From NCBI GenBank assembly GCA_002269645.1, contig NIVC01001237.1, forward strand, positions 248,001 through 312,000: a stretch of DNA of 64,000 nt, given 5' to 3'. Numbering within the stretch: position 1 is the stretch's first letter; each line of letters begins with the position of its first letter. The DNA comes from Macrostomum lignano. Lineage: Eukaryota. The notes below the pieces were generated by a model. It did not search any database and was not told the DNA's origin. It saw only the letters and a list, made by a program, of their open reading frames with translations. Positions 11,430-24,899 of the stretch are shown piece after piece. The position numbers were made by a program, and so were the translations under genes.

Positions 11430-11990
11430 GGCCAGCGTGCGCCGCATCGACCAGCTGTTCGAGCGAATCTGTCAGCGTCCAGGTCTCGGCGTTGTACACC
11501 AGGACGGTCTGGATCACCGCCAGGAACAACGCCGCCCTCTTGCGATCGGGCAGGGCCTCGGACTGCAGGACGACCCTCACGGAACGGAAAGCAGCTCAGG
11601 CAAGTCCATGGCGACGTCGAGTCCTCGCGAACGTCAGGCACCAGACGAACTGCTGACAGCACGGAAGCTCCATCACCTGTCCGTCGGCGCCTCGATATTG
11701 CAGCCTCGATATCATCCGGCACGCAGAGCACGACAGTCTTCTGCGTGTTGACCACCAGGCCGACGCTCGCCGCAAAGCTCACCAGCCGGTCCAGCTGGCG
11801 TTGGGCGCCCTCGATGGTCGTCGAAGACAGCATCGAGCAGGCCGATATCGTCGGCGTAGCCAAGCACGCTGAGCCGCCTTTCCAGAATTGGCGTCGACTC
11901 ATGCGTTGCTGCAGCAGGAAGCCGCGTCGTCGTTAGAAGGGAGAGAAGTCCGCAGCACCCAGTCAAGCACCATGAACATGAACAAACGCT
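11430..11990 (-). mobile_element. Degenerate non-LTR retrotransposon reverse transcriptase fragment (RTE-like)
   Basis: Frameshifted pieces read LFMFMVLDWVLR, LSVLGYADDIGLL, GAQRQLDRLVSFAASVGLVVNTQKT and AVIQTVLVYNAETWTLT, i.e. the YADD motif plus the downstream LxYxxETW motif. Confidence 0.85.
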
Positions 11991-12489
11991 TGGCTTGAGT
12001 ATATTGATACGGTATACGGGAAGTCTATTGGTTAACTGGGCTTATGAAGGGCATAGCAACCACTGAATCCCTATTAGGTCTCTAACCTGTTCAACAATGG
12101 ATAGTGACAGAACAGGGAGATCGGATCGAATTCCCCCTAGCAGCCTCTCAAAGCAGCCTCTCTAGCCTCAAAGCAGCCTCAAAGCAGCCTCTCTAGCAGC
12201 CTCTCAAGCTTTCAAATAAAAAGCGACGAAATGATTCGCGTTTGATGCTGATGGGAACACCATCTGAGAGGCACGATGAGCACTCTTCATGAACACTGCG
12301 ACAAACTGTGGAATATATAGATTTTATCAAATCTCTTAAAATTTTTGCCAAAGCCTTGTTAAAAATTTGGAGATTGAGAACAACATGCATGGTGTAAGAC
12401 TTATCTTCAAGTCAGAAAAAATTCAAAAGAACTTGTTTCATCAATTTTTCAGTCGGCTTTGAAAGCTAGCCAAAGATGTCCAAGATTGA

Positions 12490-12720
12490 AGGTCGGGTGT
12501 TCCTTTCTCGTTCCCACTCGGAATAATTTTTGTGTCCGATTGAGCAAGACACTGAGCTCAATGGGTCAATGGGAAATGGGTACCATCAATGAGTCCTTGG
12601 ACTGAACAGCCGTACGCAGCCTTCAGATGCGCCGCGCAATAGCTGCGGCTGAGCTGTCGGTTGCACATCTGGCCACTGGGGCAGGTGAATCAATTAGTGG
12701 TGTCGATCGTCCCTAAAAGC
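12490..12720 (+). mobile_element. Possible SINE remnant with a central-domain motif
   Basis: gtgtccgattgagcaagacactgag and aatgggtacc resemble conserved central motifs of metazoan tRNA-SINE superfamilies; no clear A/B boxes. Confidence 0.3.
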
Positions 12721-12899
12721 AAAATCAGAGAGCCATACTCTCTAAGGTGTAAAGCTTCTTGTCACTTTGGTTAACTTGCATTTGACGCACCTTGAGATTC
12801 TGCGCGTTAGTAGGCCTGGAGGAATTGAGGCCGGGACAAAAGAAAAAATGAATGGGCAATTCATTTAATAATTTAATGAATGGACAATAAAGCTTTAAT

Positions 12900-13915
12900 A
12901 ATAGGCAAATATCAACTGCTAGAAATTCTCAGCTAGTCTCTCAAGCATTCCATCGTCACCCCGACGCCGTCGGCACCTTCAACAGGTGTCACCATGTGAC
13001 TATGGACACGTTGTTGAAAATTCTCTAATTTTCGCCAATCAAGTCTCGACAGTGGGCAAGCCTCAACTGCTGGACATCCTCAGCTAGTCTCTCAAGCATT
13101 CCGTCGTCACCCCGACGCCGTTGTCGGAACCTTCAACAGGTGGCGCCAGGTTATGAACACCCTGCTGAAATAAATTTCTCTAGTTTCGCTGATCAAGCAT
13201 TAATAATAGGCAAACTTTAACTCCTGGTCATTCTCAGCTAGACTCTCAAACAGTCTATCATCACCCGACGTGATGACGTAAACGTGATGACGTAATTAGT
13301 TAGTTGAACCGATTTTTCGCCAAGAGAAAAAATATCAAAATGCATCAAATTATCTGCATGGACTCAAGATCAAGTAAAAGTAACTAATAGCTAAAAAAAT
13401 AAAAAAATCTTTTTTTGGGTCTCCTTAGTCGTATATTTTTGTCTTCTTGAAGGCGCCGACGGCGTCCGCGGGTGATGACTGAATGCTTGAGAGACTAGCT
13501 GAGGATGTCCAGCAGTTGAGATTTGCCCGCTGTCGAGGCTTGATAGGCGAAACTAGAGAATTTTGCAACAGCGTGTCCATAATAGTCTCCTGCATGGTGC
13601 CGTATCTGTTGAAGGTCCAGAAGCTTCGCCTTGGTGAAGGCCAGTGACCAATGAAGTCAGAGCTGATGCAGACACATGTGGTCGACGTGCTGATGAAATT
13701 TGGAGGCTTGGCAAGGCTGTACTGAGGCGCAGTGCTGATTGACGGAGGGCTGGCGACTTGATTTTTGTTTGAGAAGGTGCACAACAAAAAGTTGGCCCGA
13801 GTTCTTGAATTTCGTGTGCCTGCGTTGCTCCGTTCCGGCGCAGCAAAAAATTATTGTCAGGATCGGGGAGATGGTAGTTCGACGGGCGGAAAAATGGCTT
13901 GGTATTCTTTATTTT
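12900..13915. mobile_element. Degenerate copy of the 151-bp-subunit foldback family
   Basis: ctcagctagtctctcaagcatt recurs at about 12929, 13080 and 13234 (+). An inverted arm at 13470-13915 is homologous to the terminal part of 36819-38713. Confidence 0.7.
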
Positions 13916-15306
13916 AATAAAAAATCCTTTTTGCGCTACTACATATAGTGTGTGTAGTAGAAATATAGGAGAATGGCGCGTCTATTTTAACTTTGGCAGA
14001 CAAATCGTTTCCTTATACTGACTGAAAGCGTTGAGCCTATACAGACCCAGCTGCAGCCAGGGCGTGGAACCCGCGTTGACTCACTCAAATTACTCTCAAC
14101 CCGCGTGACGCATAAATATTCTTCTGCTAACAGTATAATAAGAATCTTTACAGCTCTCGATCTCTCTTGCAATACAAATTGTAAAAATTTCAAAACAAGT
14201 TTCAAAACTTGACTTAATGTTCGGCCGGAACTGATTTCTGCAAGAATGAACGTACAATTTACGTGTTAATTATAATTTTAAACACTGTTGTTTACTTATT
14301 ATCACATTAAACACGTGAATATCGTGTAAAATTTCTGAACGGAAAATATTGCATGGCTTTGATTGCACTACATGCAGACTATACATTAGCTATAGTCTTG
14401 TACTAATGGAAAGAGGCATGAAGTCTTGCTGCTGCAGTAGCTTGCGTGGCCGCGCCGCGGTGCAAAGGTTGTGCATGAGTGGTTTAGGAAAGGGGGAGTG
14501 GGAGTTGAAGGGCGCTCACTCAGTGGGGCAGCAGAGCAATGAACAAATTAAAGCTTCGGGCCAAAAACCAGCAGTTCGCTGCAGAATGATTCAGCAAAAT
14601 CCACGGTCGATCCTGTACAAGCACAGCAGGCTAGGATTTTGTATACAAGTATGCTAAAACCTGCATTGCAGATTATTCTCTTTAGCTAAAAGGAATCAAC
14701 AATTCTGCATTCTGGATTAACAGTAGTACATTTCGCTGATACTAGCCCAAAGTTGACGTGTACCGTTTTTGGCACTAATAATAATTACAGTACTGACAAT
14801 TGGATGATTCAGAATTTTACCGAGATTCCAAGTTATTGGTTGAAATTGAACAGAAGACAGCTCAAATTTAGGGAGTAAAAATTTAATTTAATTTAACGAG
14901 TTAGTGTTCCTTTGCAGCCACTTAGTCTGTGGTAAAAACTGCTTCAGGTAATGCTTACCAAGCAATGTTATTAAAAAGTAAGTACAGCCTCTCAACTTTT
15001 CAGTTCCCGCCCCCTTTGTACGAGCTAATATGAATAAATGAATTGTTAAGTCATTGCAATTAACTGGCTACTTCATTATGCAGCCTATACTCGCCCACAT
15101 TTTTGAAGTTCGGGCTTTACTCTCTAGTCAGGAAACACTAGCAACAAATAGATTGAAACACAAAGAAATTAAACAAATCGAGACAGGAATTTCCAAACAA
15201 ACAAGTCTCGCAACTTTAACTTTGCATTCTTTATTAATCGACAATGGAGCATTCCAAATAGTTCAGTTAACTGCAACGCCTCCAGAATTACACAGGTGCG
15301 GGTCAT

Positions 15307-18198
15307 TCACTTTTTCTTGCCAGTAGCCTTCTGAGCAGCCTTGGTCGCCTTGCCCTCGACGATCTTCTTGTTGACCTCCTTGATGACGCCCACGGCCACG
15401 GTCTGCTTCATGTCGCGCACGGCGAAGCGACCCAGAGGCGGGTACTGGGCGAAGGGCTCCACGCACATGGCCTTGGAGGGGATCAGTTTGATCATGGCGG
15501 CGTCGCCGCTCTTCAGGATCTTCGGAGAGTCCTCGAGCTCCTTGCCGCTGCGCCTGTCGATCTTCTTGAGGAACTCGCTGAACTTGCAGGCGATGTGAGC
15601 GGTGTGGCAGTCGAGCACGGGAGCGTAGCCGGGCTGGATCTGACCGGGGTGGTTCAGCACGATGACCTGCGGAGTTGCAAAGAAATAGTTTTAATACTTG
15701 TGATATACAGAACAAACAAAATTCGGGCTTAGGGGGTAGTAAGAAAAACTACGGCTTATTCCAGTTTTCGCTATTCCGTGGCCGTAGGGACCCCAATTTT
15801 ACTATATTCCCGTAGCCATAGTTTCGATTGTCTGGTGAAATAAAATACCCTTAATGAGGAAGACATACTGGTACTTAAATGACTGCAAATTAAGGTAGAA
15901 ACTGAAACACTCGATTGCCTTCGTAAGATTACATTTTATCTATTCTACTACTGAAAATCACTTAGTAGTATATAGATGGAGCTTTTTCTCGTGTTTTGCT
16001 GCACTGTATTAGGTATAACTTATAAGTTTTGAATTACATGATACAGTTTACCAGTGTTTGTTTTACTCTCTGTTTTAGTGTTGATATATATTTTATAATT
16101 TTTTATATTTACAACTGCAGCTACGGAAATCTACGGAATGTGACTGCAACTACCATATTACGTAGCCATAAGGGCAGCTGTCTACGGTAGGCGTATTCGT
16201 AGCTGCCTTAGGCAGACACCAATTTTACCATATTTTCAGTAGGATCCTGTAGCCGTAGCTACGGCGGAACACTAATTTAAAACCTAATTTTGTAAATGGG
16301 GTATTAAAACACGCAGTATGATTCCTCCTATCCTTCAGTAGACATCTGCCCCCTACCCTCGCATTCTTCAGTAAACATCCAATGATTTGTGAGCTGTGAC
16401 CTGCATGGTTTATCCAACTATTCATAGCCCATATAAGGCTAAAGAGGAAAAGGAATATACAGGCCTGAGCGCAGCAAATAGATACTGCAGCTGCAATAAT
16501 TTAGGAGTCTGCAGAGTTGCTTAATATATGGAATTACTTATACTAAGCAAAAAAACTGCAAAGGCTAGGATCAGACAAGGTTAACTGGTCAAATCAACTA
16601 GCCAGACCCCAAGTTTTAAAAAGGAAATCAAATAATATAATTGATTATAGCTATAATTAGGAAGTATAATGGTATCCATTATACTAAAAATGGTTTCTCG
16701 GTAGGTATAATCACCGAATATACCTAGCCGATAATACAAGTTTAAAGTTTTTAAGTCATTTTTAATTTTATTTAATAATAAAATAACATACTTTACCTTA
16801 CTACTTATAGAAACGGCTTCCGTGTCTATAATGTTGGAGCTTAAAGGCACGTCGCTGTGTAAAAACACATGGTACCGTTGCTTTAAATTTTGACAATAGA
16901 GACCACCGCTGTCTTTTTAATGTCAAATGGATTCTATATTAGGAACACGGCCTACCTCCGCGTCTTTGAAAGTGAACTCATTCAATAGTAAGAACGGCTG
17001 CTGTCTCTAGTGTGAGACGCATTCTATATAGTACGGATACGGCCGCCGTGTCTATAAGCTCTAACCTCACGGCCGCCGTGTCTTTAAGTGTGGTGATAAT
17101 AAATGTTGCAATCGAAACGAAAAAATATAAAATCATCGGAATAATCACCTGAGCAATAAAGTCTCCAGTCTCCTTAGGCGGGTCGTTCTTAGAGTCACCG
17201 CACACGTTGCCACGACGGATGTCCTTCACAGACACGTTCTTCACATTGAAGCCTACGTTGTCACCAGGTACAGCCTCGGCCAGCTGCTCGTGGTGCATTT
17301 CGACGGACTTGACCTCAGTCGAGAGAATCTGTGGTGCGAAGGTCACGACCATGCCGGGCTTCAAGATGCCAGTCTCGACGCGACCGACCGGAACGGTACC
17401 GATACCGCCGATCTTGTACACGTCCTGTAGCGGCAGACGCAGCGGCTTGTCGGTGGGTCGCTCTGGCGGAATGATCGCGTCCAGAGCTTCGATCAGGGTC
17501 TTGCCCTCGGTGGTGGTCTCCTCCTTCTTGCCGGGCAGCTTGCGCTTGATGCTCCATCCTTTGAACCAGGACATGTTGTTGCTCTCCTCGATCATGTTGT
17601 CTCCGTGCCAGCCAGAGATGGGCACAAAAGCGACCGCATCCGGGTTGTAGCCGACCTTCTTGATGTAGGCGGACACTTCCTTCTTGATTTCGTTGTAGCG
17701 GGCCTCGGAGTACGGCGGCTCGGTCGAGTCCATCTTGTTCACGCCGATGATCATCTGCTTTACACCGAGGGTGTAAGCCAGCAGAGCGTGCTCGCGGGTC
17801 TGACCGTTCTTCGAGATACCGGCCTCGAACTCGCCAACACCAGCAGCAATGATCAGCACGGCGCAGTCGGCCTGAGAGGTACCGGTGATCATGTTCTTGA
17901 TAAAGTCCCTGTGGCCAGGGGCGTCGATGACAGTGACGTAGTACTTCTCAGTCTCGAACTTCCACAGAGCAATGTCAATGGTGATACCGCGTTCACGCTC
18001 GGCCTTCAGCTTGTCGAGCACCCATGCGTACTTGAACGAGCCTTTGCCAAGCTCCTGTGCCTCCTTCTCGTACTTCTCGATAGTTCTCTTGTCAATGCCA
18101 CCGCACTTGTAGATCAGATGGCCAGTGGAAGTAGACTTTCCAGAGTCGACATGGCCAATGACCACGATGTTGACGTGAATTTTCGGAGACGGCGCCAT
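15307..18198 (-). CDS. EEF1A: Elongation factor 1-alpha, copy B (exons 18198..17149 and 15666..15307; 1482-bp intron)
   Basis: Same motifs as copy A and the same intron position and phase; exons of 1050 and 360 nt; AATAAA about 15230. Confidence 0.98.
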
Positions 18199-18199
18199 T

Positions 18200-18400
18200 C
18201 TGATTCAATGCTGTTGTTAAACTACCTTAGTTTAGGAATAAATAAAAGGAACTGAATTAAAAGCAAGAAATAATAATTTGGAACAAATTCAACAAATATG
18301 ATAGCAGTAATAAAAATACTTTACTTACAATTCACAAATTGAAAGACTTACTTCAGGATATCTGCAGTAAGAAGTCCATTCAGACAAGAGCGATAGTAAT
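18200..18400 (-). promoter_or_regulatory. 5'UTR intron (18351..18200) and leader exon of EF1A copy B
   Basis: Donor cctgaa|gtaagt at 18351; acceptor aatcag|aATG at 18200; the leader starts near pyrimidine-rich ctcttgtc. Confidence 0.55.
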
Positions 18401-20718
18401 TCAAATTTAGGTGAGGAACAGCAAACTTGTTCACGAACTTTCACGATTGTCGTTAAAATTAACGATGCCGGAAAATATGAGACTTTAGAAAGTTTTGAAA
18501 TATGATTGTAATTTTACGTTGGCCTTCTAGTTAATAATGAAATGGAATAATTTTAAGATGTTTTTTTAAATACCACTTTCTGCAGGGTATATGAAAATGT
18601 TATAGGCCAATAATGTTTTAGTACATCAATACTTGTAACACTGTACAGAAGACGTATACTAATTTTTATGTGGACGGCTTGACGGATGAAATATTTTTGA
18701 TGACAATTAAATGAAAAAAAATCGCAAATTTTTATCAACTTGAATGTGCAATAATACACTCTTTTACTAGTTTCATGTATACAATATAAATATTTAATGC
18801 ATAGGCCAAGCCCAAAACCTTAATAGCCTGCACTGCTAGAATGTCCATGTCTGGTATCACCTTTAGTACACTTAATTTTTAGTATATATGATTTTGCTAC
18901 ATGTAGAAGTAAATAAGCTTAAACAACAGTAAAACACAGCAAATATACATAAAAAAACAAAGTAACCCGTACACGTACATCATGATAGGAAAAACATTTT
19001 TTGGTACCAGCTTACAGGTCTGAATTTTGACTGCATACGTGTTGTATGAAATCGAATTAATAATTTTTAATTGCTAAAGAGCTGTAAGAGAAACAATGAA
19101 AATCTCTTTACTTAGTTTTCAGCTTTTGCAGGCTTGAATTATCTCTAATGTTTGCTTAAGCTGGTAGTTGAACACTGGTCTGTATACTACTGGACTGCCA
19201 AAGATCCTACATAGAAACAATTTAAAATATAGTGCATTTATTGCATTTAATTTACACATTAAGGCTCATTCACACTCATCAAATGAGCCACCAAATTACA
19301 CGACAAAAGAATCAAACGGCCTGGATCAACTTAAGCTCAAAGCTGGGGCTAGTAGTGCATGGAGCCCGTGTAACCTATGTACACAAATGATGTCTTCTGC
19401 TCATCACCATGACACTATAGTAGGAAGCTGGATTTGGCAACAAAGCGATGAAAATTTGACTTAGGATAGGGCAGAATAAGCAAAGGGATTAGGGACCTCT
19501 ACTTTATGAGCTTAAGTTGGCATAATAATAGTCCCTTTATTACTACTGCAGCTGCAATAGAGGAAACACTTTTGGAGTACAACGAAGTTCGAGCAGGACC
19601 AGAAGTTCCAGGAATAAATAATAAGCTGGTACGAGTTGCCAACCGGACTCGAGAAGCCGAGCGGCCAAAAAGCACCTGTAAACTTGCAGTTTAACTTGTC
19701 AGCTGATCACGTTGCCTCGCTAATTCTTGGATGTCATTTTTACTTTTCGGAGAAAATTTGCTTTTACAATAATTAAAAAACTTAATTCGATATGATGTTG
19801 CCCCTTCAGTTTTTACTGGGCCCCAATTCTGGCCCTTATAACCGACCTGTTCTATAATCGATTGCTTTTCCAGCCACTTTATATAACGTGATGTAAATGT
19901 AATTTATACTTCGTCTTCCACTCTGGTCTCTGGAAGACACTTGACTTTCTAACTCCATCAATGTTCGCCCCACACAATAGTACATGTACATTTCACCAAC
20001 TTAATGGCGTCATTTTAAGCACCATTGTAATTTGTAACTAACATGTAACTAACTAACACTAACACTAATTCCATGGGAAAGTGCAGCAATTACGAAGTCC
20101 ATTGAGGTCAGTGTTAGATTCGAATTAGTGTAAACTAGATTTTTTGTTTTTATTAACTATAAGCTGCGGCAAGCAGAACCGATCGATCGACAGGTTTTAT
20201 CAATCGAGATGACAAAATGACTAGGAATTCATTAGGATTCCAAGTAAATGTTTAATTAATTGCCACATTAATTCACTTGGAAGTTGGAACTATTGATGAC
20301 GAAATGACTCTCTTCAGGTAGTGCATATATGCTAATTAAGATGACGAAGTGACCCTAGTAGTCGCGGTGGTCACCCCAGACACCCCGATGACGAAATGAC
20401 TATAGGAACCATTTTTTTGGTCGATTTCCTGGAAAAAATGCACCGCGCGAAGATAGGAAAAATGACTTTTTGCATCACAAAATTGGCATTCTTTCGTTTT
20501 ACGATACTCGCATTTTGCGTCAATTTCGCTATACCCAATGGAAAATAGTGAGAATTGAAATAGACGTACTGATGAGGACGCACCTTTTTTCAATCTTAGA
20601 ACCGCACATTTTGCTTCGATGCGCTTTTCCCCTACTGTCAGTAGGCTAGCTTAGGAATTCCTCTCCATCTCTCATCTAGGCTAAGTTCTATACTAATTTA
20701 TGCCATTACTATTAGTTA

Positions 20719-22060
20719 TGTTAGAAACTCAATGTTTTTTTACGCACCTTTGAAGGTCAGACTGTCTGGGTTTGAAATGGATTGACCTCCAACAGTCTAG
20801 ACAGGCGACAAAGTCTGGGAGGTCTGGGAGGAACGTTTTCAACCTCGTTTTGACCCCCAGATTTGAGGCTTTTTTACTGTTCTCAGCGATTTATGGCCGT
20901 CTAGCTGTCACTTTGGGCTCCAGCCTGTCTGGGTCAAAGAGGTCTTTCCAGCTTTCTCCCCACTCGCTCTGTTGCTTTCTCCTTGGATTTATGGGCGTTT
21001 TGCTGTCACTTTTGGCGCCAGGATGTCTAGACAAGTGACTTTTATTATGTTTTGCTTATGATTTATGACCGCACCTGTCAACTTCCCTGGGGTCTGAAGG
21101 CCACCTGGTGGGGTAGGTTTTGGGGTCTTGAGCTCAGCCAATCAGAGTCGACCTGACTGCCCCCGGCTCGACCAATCAGAAAATTCGGCGCCTATTTTAA
21201 CAAAAGCTCTCAGCCAATCGGAAAATTAGGCGTGCATTATAACAAATCGGCCGCGTGAGAGCTATAAAAGGCGGCAACTCGACCCGCGCTCGAGTAAAGC
21301 GTCCTCGGACACCCTGGGACCTTCTGCTTTCCCGACCCTTCGGGTGTTTCTGGACTTGCTGGTGTCTTGTTCCGGCTGCCCCTTTGGCATCTGGTCCCCC
21401 TTCCCCCGGAAGCTTCGGCTTCAGCAGCTAAGTTCCCCCTGAGAAGCATCATCGCGATATCTCCCGGCAGTGATCTAAGAGCAGCAACAGCAACCGGCAA
21501 GTGAAGAGTAACGGCGGCACTCGTCAGTTAAGATCAGCAGCAGCATCCCATCTGAGCGCTTCGGTCTCTGCGGATCCCTTGGCTACCGGCAGATAGGTCC
21601 TCTGATTGGTTTGGTGAGAGGCTCTCTTGACCTGCTCAACTGGGTGCACCCTTTGTCTGACCCCTTCCTAGGTAGTCTGATAGGAGTTGCACTTTTGCTT
21701 ACTTGCTTTTGTGTGCCAATCTCGAGGCAGAAGTGTCAGTTAATATTAAAAGTAGCCATTTGCTCTAACTCAATCTAAAGTGTTTAGGATTGCGGATTAA
21801 TTTGTGAGAAAGTTAAATCTGGACGTCAAAGACTTAGCGTTTTCATTCTTTTTCGCAATGCCAGCTGAAATGAGCGGCTAAATCTAGAGGCAGAGGTCAC
21901 GGTGGACCGGAAGCGGCACAGTTCCCAGTCAATCAGTCGATCTAAGAAATCATATGTTAAGCATGCAAATTAAGTGCCAGACTGGCGCTTTCGCGCGGTC
22001 TCAAGCAGCTAAGCGGCTAAAACGAAATAAGTATTAGTCTGAAGGTCTCCAAAAGTAACA
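20719..22060 (+). mobile_element. LTR-like segment with a Pol II promoter block
   Basis: Three CCAATC boxes (about 21138, 21172, 21213) and ctataaaag (about 21263); termini TGTTA...TAACA; no TSD or internal ORF found. Confidence 0.35.
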
Positions 22061-22599
22061 ATACATCTACATCATCGCTATCTGTCGACGTGTTAACACA
22101 TTTAGTGCCAAAAGCGTGCAGTCACGTGTACTTATACATGTACTTCTGGGAATTTGGTAATGAAATAGTACATTTAGTAGTGTATGAAGGCTCGCCAGCG
22201 CAAGAACCCCCTGCAGAAGTCCTCTCTGTCTCTGCATGGCCAATGCGATCTTAGTCCCAGCAGCGTCCCTTCTATTCGGCTATGACTTCGAGATAGACAG
22301 CTAAAAGGCACTAGATGGCAGGTAAGTGCAGTGCCCCTCTAGTCGGAAGTCCGATTTCGATAGCTCCGGTTTGGTGAGCCGGGGCGCACGGACTGGTGGC
22401 AGCAGGTTAGTTAATCTGCGGATTAGCTAATCTCTACCTTTCAAATTCTCCCTGCTTGTCTCTCGCTGTCCTCTCCAAGCTATAGGACCTTGCTGCTCGC
22501 CCACAATCTAGCTACCATCTGGTCAGATGGCTGACCATCTGACAGGAGTGAGGCCAGAGTTCTAAGTGATTCATTTCTGAATTCTGAGGCCCGAAGCTA

Positions 22600-22979
22600 G
22601 GCTTAAAAAGGCCGAACCCATCAGTACATGTATAGCCATGATTGCAGAGATGCTAAAATCGTAGCTTACTAGAGAGCACGATCCTTATATTCACTTTCGT
22701 TATACTATACGATGCCCTGAATGGAGAATTTGTAAAGAATGCATCGTAAAACGAAAGTGAGAGGGGGTGGGGAAATGAAAATGAGGGACTATTTGTTAAT
22801 TAATACCGTCACACTCATTTCTTTCCAGCCATGGCAGCATGGCATTGTTAACAAATTCTCCATTGAGGGCATCGTATAACGAAAGTGAATATAAGGATCG
22901 TACTCTCTAATAAGCTACGATTTTAGCATCTCTGCAATCATGGCTATACATGTACTGATGGGTTCGGCCTTTTTAAGCC
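22600..22979. mobile_element. Palindromic MITE, about 140-bp TIRs, TA TSD
   Basis: ta|ggcttaaaaaggccgaacccatcagtacatgtatagccatgattgcagag... with near-perfect inverse ...ctctgcaatcatggctatacatgtactgatgggttcggcctttttaagcc|ta. Confidence 0.85.
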
Positions 22980-24149
22980 TAGCATGTACCCAAATCTTCA
23001 TGTACAGTACAAGCACAACTACTCGAATGGAATGCGAAACTACGTTTCTTGGAAAATTTTAGGAGGCGGATATATTACGGAGAATGAAGCGTTAAACTTT
23101 TTCAGCATAAAAATTCCTATTTACGCATGGACTTTTGCAAATTATTTTCTACGAGGGGTATCCGTAAAGTTCTGACCCTTAATACCAGGGCAAAAACAGT
23201 AGCAGCTGCAAGCACGAGGTATACTCAGCAACATTGAAAAGTCGCCACTCTATGCGCCAGTGTACAGTACATCCCTCTCTTACTGTCCACCCCCTTCTGT
23301 GTTGAGTATTTTATCAACTCTGTCATGTCACTTGTACGCAAATTTCACTGTTTTGTACCTTGCGAAATTTTGCTTAGTCATGCTTAACCATCATGAGTGT
23401 GAAATCGAAAGAAGTCAAAAGGTATGAAATGCTCAAGAGATGAGAAGTGTGTTGCTACAGGTGAAGACTATGTTGAGAAGGCTGCATTGAAAGTTGATGG
23501 TGATGATGAATGACTACAATTCGTTTCTTTGAGGACAAAACATCGCTTTTTATATTTCTTTTAAACTTTTACTGTAAGACTATCAGTGGCATAACGTTTG
23601 AAAGAAATGACCAAAATACACGGGACTGAACTCATTGGAAAGAAGAGATGTGCCGCTTAAAAATGATATCAAAGAAGTTCGAAACACGCTGAAAAAGCTA
23701 AGATAAACACACAAGCAAATTATAGTTTTGTTTGAAACGTTAAGCATAAATAAGCTTTTATTTTATTTTACTGATTAACGGCCATTGAAAATTAACAAGA
23801 TAGATACCACCAAGCAATTGGGGGAAGAGACGTAGAGAAATTAACACCAACTATTTTTATTATTCTAAAAAGATACCCAATCAAGATATAATTAATTAGC
23901 TGCTAGTGGGTACATAGTAAATCAACGGACAGGTATGTAATATTATTTAGAAAACTTTCATAAATTATTTTTGTGAAACACAAACATACAAACATAATCT
24001 TAGCTAAATAGATACCTTTTCAAAGTTTGACTTCTTGATAAATTGAATATCAACTTCGTTCCTTTCCGATCCAACACGAACAGGCTACCGAACTCAACTC
24101 CGAGATAACAATTCGCAGTAAACGTAGGACTTTTAAAACATTAAGGACC

Positions 24150-24795
24150 TTCTAGGACTTCTAAATGAACCCTCCGTCCTACAAGGACCTCTAAGTGTAC
24201 CCTCCGTCCTACAAGGACTTCTAAATCAACCCTCCGTCCTACAAGGACCTCTAAATGAACCATCCGTCTTACAGGGACCTCTAAATGAACCATCCGTCCT
24301 ACAGGGACCTCTAAATGAACCATCCGTCCTACAAGGACCTCTAAATGAACCATCCGTCCTACAGGGACCTCTAAATGAACCATCCGTCCTAGAGGGACCT
24401 CTAAATGAACCATCCGTCCTACAGGGACCTCTAAATGAACCATCCGTCCTACAGGGACCTCTAAATGAACCATCCGTCCTACAAGGACCTCTAAATGAAC
24501 CATCCGTCCTACAGGGACCTCTAAATGTACCATCCGTCCTACAGGGTCCTCTAAATGAACCGTCCGTCTTACAGGGACCTCTAAATGTACCATCCGTCCT
24601 ACAGGGTCCTCTAAACGAACCGTCCGTCTTACAGGGACCTCTAAATGAACCATCCGTCCTACAGGGACCTCTAAATGAACCATCCGTCCTATAGGGACCT
24701 CTAAATGAACCATCCGTCCTACAGGGACCTCTAAATGAACCATCCGTTCTACAGGGACCTCTAAATGAACCATTCGTTCACAGGTGACTTCTAAA
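24150..24795. repeat. 30-bp minisatellite, ~21 copies, 3' of CAND1
   Basis: Unit agggacctctaaatgaaccatccgtcctac. Confidence 0.95.
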
Positions 24796-24899
24796 TACAC
24801 TAAACAGTGTCGCCCATTCAAAAGGGGCCTCAGAGAAGTTCCAAGTGCCTCGATTAATTAATTTAAAGTAATTTGTTTCCATAAAAAACTAAACAAAAA

